From Tubiluchus corallicola (lineage: Eukaryota; Animalia; Priapulida): a stretch of DNA of 17,064 bases. Below are positions 9,453 to 17,064 of this stretch, one piece after another. Location: assembly GCA_030141605.1 (NCBI GenBank), contig JAQGDQ010002040.1, positions 1-17,064 on the forward strand, read 5' to 3'. The notes under the pieces are model-generated. The model had not been told where the DNA came from. It did not search any database and was given only the letters and a program-made list of their open reading frames with translations. The stretch's first letter is position 1, and every line of letters begins with the position of its first letter. A program made the position numbers and the translations under genes.

Positions 9453-9950
9453 CCCATGATCCCATTACGTTCTCAAAATCGAATTTTTCTTGCATAATAT
9501 TAAATCAAATATAATGGTATCTATGCGTATGCTTACATGTATTATGTCCTAATCAACTGTAGTTAACTACGTATCTACAGCTTGTGCTGGTTGAATTTGA
9601 TACTGGATTTATGACCCCTTTGTGACTCAGCGGCTTTTTTACCTTTCGTTTCCTGCATTCCGGTCCTGAACACTTCGATTCTTATGGGTTTATCTGCCAT
9701 AGTTAGATAAATGATATTGTAATTTTCTTTTCATTAACAGAGGTGTTATTCTATAAGTGCTTATTCAGAAATTGAGTAAATAAGGGGAATGTATCAGTAA
9801 CGTTTGCATGGAATGACGTAACCTTAGGAAACAAGATATAGAAAATGCTTTGTTACGGGAAAACATTTTCTGGGATCGATGAATCATAAGTTTTGACAGA
9901 AAAATAACTCAACTTATTTCCGTTTCATTTAATTTGTGCAGTGCATTTAA

Positions 9951-10386
9951 CCCTTTCATACCCGTTGTATCCCATGGGATACGAGAATATTTTCTGTCTT
10001 TAAAATTAATAAATTTTTAAAACTGAGAGTTATTTGATCTGTTAATAGTTATTTTGATTTAAGCCAATAACAGCAGATTACAAATGGTGATAAAATGGCA
10101 AACTAGAAAATCTACATAGCATGAAAAACTGCTCAAGGTACAGTACTTTAGAGACGACTTTGTACAGATCAGCATAGCATGCATAAGTAAATGTCTTAAA
10201 TACTTTAAAAAATTATCAGCAGTTGCAAAATGAAGCACATTTTTTGCTTTTGTTGTCTTTTTAAAAAAGTCGGACTTTTTTTTACACAGGACAGAGAATG
10301 TTGTGTATCCCACAGGATACATTGGGAACAAAATTATCAAGCCAAATTTTTTTTCTTTTTAAAAAAATAATTTGGGACTGAAAGGG
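9951..10386. mobile_element. Non-autonomous piggyBac-type element (MITE), 436 bp
   Basis: TTAA on both sides (9947-9950 and 10387-10390). 13-bp TIRs CCCTTTCATACCC / GGGACTGAAAGGG match at 11/13. Asymmetrically placed subterminal repeats GTATCCCATGGGATAC (9967-9982) and GTATCCCACAGGATAC (10305-10320). Confidence 0.9.
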
Positions 10387-10412
10387 TTAAGGAATCACAC
10401 ATACGCTTATAC

Positions 10413-10502
10413 TATTACTTATGCTAAAATTAAGATTAAAGAATAACTTCTGGAATTTGGCGCCTTAGGCAACTGCCTAGTTTGCCTAGTGGTAGAGCCG
10501 AC
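10413..10502. repeat. Dispersed repeat copy B (uninterrupted counterpart of 4529-4557 plus 5141-5197)
   Basis: TATTACTTATGCTAAA..TAAGATTAAA is followed after 5 nt by the 57-bp block that matches 5141-5197. Confidence 0.75.
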
Positions 10503-10921
10503 ATTGTGTTGCGCTTATGCATATTACCTTCGCACTGCCAATAAGTTTCGTGCACTTCTAAAAAGAATATTTCGACCTTGAAGAGAATTTTGGTTTTCGT
10601 CTCTTTCTCTCTCTTTCGCCCTTTACTACAGGGTGTCCAAAAATCACTTACAAATGCCGCAAGAATGTCAAATATGAAACTATATATAACAGAATAAGCG
10701 AGGTCATATTTAATATTGTTATAAAATCATCATAATTTAAAAGACCAGGCTCATTTTTGATTTTTTTTTCATGGAATTGGTTACTGAACTCATTTCTACT
10801 GTAGATAAAGTGTTACCAAATTATGGCGTGTTTGAGAACAAATTGTCATAAAATAATGAGTGATATTCAAGTGACATGATTAGTGATGAGGAAAAGGGTA
10901 CGTAAGAACTTCCAAGTTCTT

Positions 10922-10929
10922 TATAAAAG
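10922..10929 (+). promoter_or_regulatory. Candidate TATA box for the GPCR gene
   Basis: TATAAAAG about 220 bp upstream of a GTAAGT donor (11141). Motif only; it could arise by chance in AT-rich DNA. Confidence 0.25.
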
Positions 10930-11200
10930 GTCACTTGGGAGGTTCTTCTGGGGAGACTGTGTAGAGCTGTCGACTTGCTGTTTTGTGTAGGAGGTCAATA
11001 TCTATACAATACGAGGCTTACACGTTCATTACAAGTGTTCTTATTTTGTTACACGTGATTTAGCCTTGTTCTATTATGTAAAGTAACTAGATGCTGAGGA
11101 TCTGCGCTGATTATGATATTATTAAAGCTTCTCAGGGCCTGTAAGTTCAAACCTGAATGTGTAGATTCATAAAATGGTCTGAGAGAAGTTTAGTGTAAGA

Positions 11201-12320
11201 ACACCTGTGTAAGTTGAAAATACGTTTGAGTAAGTTGAAAATGCGCTTGTGTAAGTTGAAAACACGCGTAAGTTGAAAATACACTTGTATAAGTTGAAAA
11301 CACACGTAAGTTGAAAATACACTTGTGTAAGTTGAAAATACACTTGTATAAGTTGAAAACACACTTACGTTAGTTGAAAATACACTTGTATAAGTTGAAA
11401 ATACACTTGTATAAGTTGAAAACACAGGTAAGTTGAAAACACGCGTAAGTTGAAAATACACTTGTATAAGTTGAAAACACAGGTAAGTTGAAAATACACT
11501 TGTATAAGTTGAAAACACATGTAAGTTGAAAATACACTTGTGTAAGTTGAAAACACACGTAAGTTGAAAATGCGCTTGTGTAAGTTGAAAACACACGTAA
11601 GTTGAAAATACACTTGTATAAGTTGGAAACACACGTAAGTTGAAAATACACTTGTATCAGTTGAAAACACACGTAAGTTGAAAATACACTTGTGTAAGTT
11701 GAAAATACACTTGTGTAAATTGAAAATACACTTGTGTAAATTGAAAATACACTTGTATAAGTTGAAAACACACTTACGTTAGTTGAAAATACACTTGTAT
11801 AAGTTGAAAATACACTTGTATAAGTTGAAAACACAGGTAAGTTGAAAACACGCGTAAGTTGAAAATACACTTGTATAAGTTGAAAACACAGGTAAGTTGA
11901 AAATACACTTGTATAAGTTGAAAACACACGTAAGTTGAAAATACACTTGTGTAAGTTGAAAACACACGTAAGTTGAAAATGCGCTTGTGTAAGTTGAAAA
12001 CACACGTAAGTTGAAAATACACTTGTATAAGTTGGAAACACACGTAAGTTGAAAATACACTTGCATCAGTTGAAAACACACGTAAGTTGAAAATACACTT
12101 GTGTAAGTTGAAAATACATGTAAGTTGAAAATACACTTGTATAAGTTGAAAACACAGGTAAGTTGAAAATACATTTGTGTAAGTTGAAAACACACGTAAG
12201 TTGAAAATACACTTGTATAAGTTGAAACACAGGTAAGTTGAAAACACACGTAAGTTGAAAATACACTTGTGTAAGTTGAAAACACACGTAAGTTGAAAAT
12301 ACACTTGTGTAAGTTAAAAG
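11201..12320. repeat. Mixed 17/21-bp minisatellite with a 409-bp higher-order duplication
   Basis: Interspersed units AAGTTGAAAATACACTTGT(A/G)T (21 bp) and AAGTTGAAAACACA(C/G)GT (17 bp). Rare variants recur at offset 409 (CACTTACGTTAG at 11362/11771; AGTTGGAAAC at 11621/12030). Confidence 0.97.
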
Positions 12321-12344
12321 TACTCTGCGCCAGTTTTATCAAAA

Positions 12345-12363
12345 ATTCTGTGTTCCCTTTCAG
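12345..12363 (+). promoter_or_regulatory. Candidate 3' splice acceptor of a 5'-UTR intron of the GPCR gene
   Basis: TTCTGTGTTCCCTTTCAG|G, 47 nt upstream of the ATG. Confidence 0.55.
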
Positions 12364-12410
12364 GATAGGAATCAACTAATCAACTTTGGGCTGGATAATT
12401 GGGTACCACG

Positions 12411-13481
12411 ATGGAGTACATGTGGTCTGAAAGTATCTCTCCATATGGAGTGGATGTCAATTTCACTGGAGATTTTCAGATTCTCCACCACGTTGATCGA
12501 CCTGGTTATCAGAAGTTCGTCCTCATTGCTTTTCCCGTGTTTGCAATAGCCGCAGTTTTGGGAAACCTTCTAATTTTTCTGATGGAACTCATCAACTTTT
12601 CCTGTCGTAAGATGACATCCAACAGGAGTTTACTAGTAATGAGTTTGGCACTGTCTGATGTCGTATTCTTGGTCATTGTCATACCATTACTAATTGCTGG
12701 CGACTGGAAGGAGTTCAGCGTTGATCGGAATGATGGGTGGCCATTTTCTGAAGGCGCTTGTAAGCTACTGTACTACTGGTATCTGGGCGTGCATATGTAC
12801 ATCTCAGCTTACTCGCTTGTTCTGATGTTTGCAAATGCGTTAAAAACTGACAGGGTTGGTTCACATGTTGACTACGTTCTTAACAAGCCTACAATATTGG
12901 GAATACCTCTGATTTGGATATTGTCTGTGCTGGTGAATATCTACGTCATATTTGGAACCAAACTTGGCGATTACGACGATGGGCCACACTGCGTGATGTC
13001 CAGAGACGATCCAGGATCCAAGGTCAAGAAAGCCTACATCATTTGGGTTCTCCTAGCGTTTACTGCCGCCTTCCTTCTGCCATTGATTATAATGTGGGTA
13101 CTTTTGTACAAGATCAGTTCGGTGAGGGACGCCAGAAAACTGATTACAGGTGGAAAGCCTACGGACGCGGTCGTAACTTCTTATCCCAGCCGTCGAAGCT
13201 ACGCTCTTCTACACGTGTTGCATTTTTTCTTTCTTATCCTCACCGTTTCGGAGTTAGTAGCTAGACTGGTAGACTTGGGTAAGGGAAGAAATAGGGAGAT
13301 CGATGAAGCATGGTTAGACATACGATTCAAGGTGTTTCTTGTAACCACCTTTCTGTACACATTGAATGCTTTCGTACGACCATTTGCATACATCATCTTG
13401 ACACCCTGGATACTTTGGCCAAGGCACGTGAAGGAAACGCTATTTGTACATGACGTGGAAGGAGAAATCGCTTTGAGGTGA
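12411..13481 (+). CDS. Divergent class A (rhodopsin-like) 7TM GPCR, 356 aa, single coding exon; TM2-TM3 resemble galanin/allatostatin-A-type peptide receptors
   Basis: ATG in a strong Kozak context (ACCACGATGG) after an in-frame TAA at 12396. N-terminal NFT sequon and seven hydrophobic segments. Motifs: TM1 GN, TM2 SLALSD, WPF...ACKL, YISAYSLVLM, TM4 W, ECL2 Cys (PHC), TM5 FLLP, TM7 NAFVRPFAY. Confidence 0.92.
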   Translation: MEYMWSESISPYGVDVNFTGDFQILHHVDRPGYQKFVLIAFPVFAIAAVLGNLLIFLMELINFSCRKMTSNRSLLVMSLALSDVVFLVIVIPLLIAGDWKEFSVDRNDGWPFSEGACKLLYYWYLGVHMYISAYSLVLMFANALKTDRVGSHVDYVLNKPTILGIPLIWILSVLVNIYVIFGTKLGDYDDGPHCVMSRDDPGSKVKKAYIIWVLLAFTAAFLLPLIIMWVLLYKISSVRDARKLITGGKPTDAVVTSYPSRRSYALLHVLHFFFLILTVSELVARLVDLGKGRNREIDEAWLDIRFKVFLVTTFLYTLNAFVRPFAYIILTPWILWPRHVKETLFVHDVEGEIALR

Positions 13482-14329
13482 AGTAGATTATTTGTCACGT
13501 GATTATTGCATTTATGCACAAGTTCTTGTAACAGCTATTACAAATGCCTTAACTAATGTGACAATATAAAGACATGTTCCCCAGTAGAGGTATCTGTCTC
13601 ATGGACATGATAAGCCGTCAGCTATAATCTCATGTGTATGGTTAGCGCAAAAAATATGTTTTGACATTGTTGTATTATAGTAACTAGCTTGTTGTAGTGT
13701 TTTGATAAGTAGTTATAGTTAATTTGAAGCAATAGTTGATAAAACAACGAAATCACCTAACGATAAGTAACTAACCACAGTGCGTATAATTTTACATACA
13801 GAATTTGAAGTTTTTAGTGACATTTAGTAACTTGTTTGTAAAATTTATGTTTAATTTTAACCTTACTTACTTAAAATTATGTACAGTATATATAAACACT
13901 AATTGTTAATGTAAGTTTAACGTCTCTATATTTGTGTTAACAATTGCGATATTCTTATATGCGTTAAATTGAAAAGTTTTTTCGTTTTAGTAAAAAGGAA
14001 GGCATGCCAGATTATAAAAAACGAACTAATAGTATATAAGCAAGTTGTGCTACTGGGTCTAGTGGCCATAGAGGTCATAGACTGTCTTGTCACAGACTGT
14101 TCAAATTCCTGTGTAACGTAATGCAGATATTTGTAGCAATTTAATACAATGTTAGTTGCACGCTGTTCGCCTGGAAACAACATTCAGTACTTGCAAATAT
14201 GACCTCAGTTTTTTACTTTACAGTTATAAAATCATCGTTTGGAAAGCGCCTGCTCCGCGACAGGAGCATGATGCAATTGTTCTAAAACATATTTTTTGCA
14301 AGTTGTTTAGCTACCTAATTACAAATTAT

Positions 14330-17064
14330 CCAGTAGTCACTGTGCCTGTTGCTAAGTAGTCACTGTACCTGTTGTCCAGTAGTCACTGTGCCTGTTGCCC
14401 AGTAGTCACTATGCCTGTTGCCCAGTAGTCACTATGCCTGTTGTCCAGTAGTCACTGTGCCTGTTGCCCAGTAGTCACTGTGCCTGTTGTCCAGTAATCA
14501 CTTTGCCTGTTGTCCAGTAGTCACTGTGCCTGTTGTCCAGTAATCACTGTGCCTGTTGCCCAGTAGTCACTATGCCTGTTGTCCAGTGGTCACTATGCCT
14601 GTTGTCCGGTAGTCACTATGCCTGTTGCTAAGTAGTCACTGTGCCTGTTGCTAAGTAGTCACTGTGCCTGTTGTCCAGTAGTCACTATGCCTGTTGCCCA
14701 GTAGTCACTATGCCTGTTGTCCAGTGGTCACTATGCCTGTTGCTAAGTAGTCACTGTGCCTGTTGTCCAGTAGTCACTATGCCTGTTGCCCAGTAGTCAC
14801 TGTGCCTGTTGCCCAGTAGTCACTATGCCTGTTGTCCAGTAGTCACTGTGCCTGTTGTCCAGTAATCACTTTGCCTGTTGCCCAGTAGTCACTGTGCCTG
14901 TTGTCCGGTAGTCACTGTGCCTGTTGCCCAGTAGTCACTTTGCCTGTTGTCCAGTAGTCACTGTGCCTGTTGTCCAGTAATCACTTTGCCTGTTGTCCGG
15001 TAGTCACTGTGCCTGTTGTCCAGTAGTCACTGTGCCTGTTGTCCAGTAATCACTGTGCCTGTTGTCCGGTAGTCACTGTACCTGTTGTCCAGTAGTCACT
15101 GTGCCTGTTGTCCAGTAATCACTGTGCCTGTTGCCCAGTAGTCACTGTGCCTGTTGTCCAGTAATCACTGTGCCTGTTGCCCAGTAATCACTGTGCCTGT
15201 TGTCCAGTAGTCACTGTGCCTGTTGTCCGGTAGTCACTATGCCTGTTGTCCAGTAATCACTATGCCTGTTGTCCAGTAATCACTGTGCCTGTTGCCCAGT
15301 AGTCACTATACCTGTTGTCCAGTGGTCACTGTGCCTGTTGCCCAGTAGTCACTATGCCTGTTGTCCAGTAGTCACTGTGCCTGTTGTCCAGTAGTCACTG
15401 TGCCTGTTGCCCAGTACTCACTGTGCCTGTTGCCCAGTAGTCACTATGCCTGTTGCCCAGTTGTCACTGTACCTGTTGCCCAGTAGTCACTGTGCCTGTT
15501 GTCCAGTGGTCACTATGCCTGTTGCCCAGTAGTCACTATGCCTGTTGCCCAGTTGTCACTATACCTGTTGCCCAGTAGTCACTGTGCCTGTTGTCCAGTA
15601 GTCACTATGCCTGTTGCCCAGTAGTCACTATGCCTGTTGTCCAGTGGTCACTATGCCTGTTGCCCAGTAGTCACTGTGCCTGTTGTCCAGTAATCACTAT
15701 GCCTGTTGCCCAGTAGTCACTGTGCCTGTTGCCCAGTAGTCACTATGCCTGTTGCCCACTACTCACTATGCCTGTTGTCCGGTAGTCACTATGCCTGTTG
15801 TCCGGTAGTCACTGTGCCTGTTGTCCGGTAGTCACTATGCCTGTTGCCCAGTAGTCACTTTGCCTGTTGTCCAGTAGTCACTGTGCCTGTTGTCCAGTAA
15901 TCACTGTGCCTGTTGCCCAGTAGTCACTATACCTGTTGTCCAGTAATCACTGTGCCTGTTGCCCAGTAGTCACTATACCTGTTGTCCAGTAATCACTGTG
16001 CCTGTTGCCCAGTAGTCACTGTGCCTGTTGTCCGGTAGTCACTGTGCCTGTTGTCCAGTAGTCACTGTGCCTGTTGTCCAGTAGTCACTATGCCTGTTGC
16101 CCAGTAGTCACTATGCCTGTTGTCCAGTAGTCACTATGCCTGTTGCCCAGTAGTCACTGTGCCTGTTGTCCAGTAGTCACTATGCCTGTTGCCCAGTAGT
16201 CACTATGCCTGTTGTCCAGTGGTCACTATGCCTGTTGCCCAGTAGTCACTGTGCCTGTTGTCCAGTAATCACTATGCCTGTTGCCCAGTAGTCACTGTGC
16301 CTGTTGCCCAGTAGTCACTATGCCTGTTGCCCACTACTCACTATGCCTGTTGTCCGGCAGTCACTATGCCTGTTGTCCGGTAGTCACTGTGCCTGTTGTC
16401 AGGTAGTCACTATGCCTGTTGCCCAGTAGTCACTTTGCCTGTTGTCCAGTAGTCACTGTGCCTGTTGTCCAGTAATCACTTTGCCTGTTGTCCGGTAGTC
16501 ACTGTGCCTGTTGCCCAGTAGTCACTATGCCTGTTGTCCAGTAATCACTGTGCCTGTTGCCCAGTAGTCACTATACCTGTTGTCCAGTAGTCACTGTGCC
16601 TGTTGTCCAGTAATCACTATGCCTGTTGCCCAGTAGTCACTGTGCCTGTTGTCCAGTAATCACTGTGCCTGTTGCCCAGTAGTCACTGTGCCTGTTGTCC
16701 AGTAGTCACTGTGCCTGTTGTCCAGTAGTCACTGTGCCTGTTGCCCCGTAGTCACTATGCCTGTTGCCCAGTAGTCACTATGCCTGTTGTCCAGTAATCA
16801 CTGTATCTGTTGCCCAGTAGTCACTGTGCCTGTTGCCCCGTAGTCACTATGCCTGTTGTCCAGTAATCACTGTGCCTGTTGTCCAGTAATCACTGTACTG
16901 TATCTGTTGTCCAGTAGTCACTGTGCCTGTTGTCCAGTAGTCACTGTGCCTGTTGTCCGGTAGTCACTGTGCCTGTTGTCCGGTAGTCACTATGCCTGTT
17001 GTCCAGTAATCACTATGCCTGTTGTCCAGTAATCACTGTGCCTGTTGCCCAGTAGTCACTATAC
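14330..17064. repeat. 23-bp satellite/minisatellite, about 119 units, running off the right edge
   Basis: Consensus CAGTAGTCACT(G/A)TGCCTGTTG(T/C)C. The period is an almost strict 23 bp, with one 5-bp duplication near 16895. Confidence 0.98.

Noticed and set aside
10627-10643. TA-CAGGGTGTCCAAAA, resembling a Tc1/mariner TIR start
   Set aside because: I found no matching inverted partner in the window.
11147-12375. Multiple minus-strand ORFs (FSTYTSV/FQL repeats)
   Set aside because: All three frames give the same cyclic peptides from a stop-poor minisatellite strand; there is no evidence of coding.
12399-12410. TTG start of the GPCR given in the ORF track
   Set aside because: This is a eukaryotic gene, and the ATG at 12411 has a strong Kozak context.
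12914-13519. ORFs 12914-13264 and 13199-13519
   Set aside because: They are alternative or antisense frames overlapping the GPCR, with no recognisable motifs.

Overview
AT-rich, repeat-dense eukaryotic (probably invertebrate animal) genomic DNA, not prokaryotic. About 40% of the window is tandem repeat: arrays with 35, 63, 34, 17/21 and 23 bp units, plus a compound microsatellite. The one well-supported host gene is a divergent class A (rhodopsin-like) GPCR with an uninterrupted ORF (12411-13481, +), in which the DRY, CWxP and NPxxY motifs are all altered. The other long ORF (7691-8728, -) is the 3' part of an RTE-clade LINE reverse transcriptase. It is 5'-truncated, has a 13-bp target-site duplication (TSD), and is nested inside a small element with 50-bp terminal inverted repeats (TIRs) and its own TSD. 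Also present are a piggyBac-type MITE, a hAT-type MITE, a fold-back element around a microsatellite, a probable CR1/L2-group LINE tail and a small GC-rich multi-hairpin island. Most other listed ORFs are artefacts of the repeats. I cannot demonstrate a new biological system from sequence alone. The best leads are the TIR-bracketed RT fragment, the atypical GPCR and the splice-donor-rich array upstream of it. All family assignments come from motif recognition by eye, not database searches.
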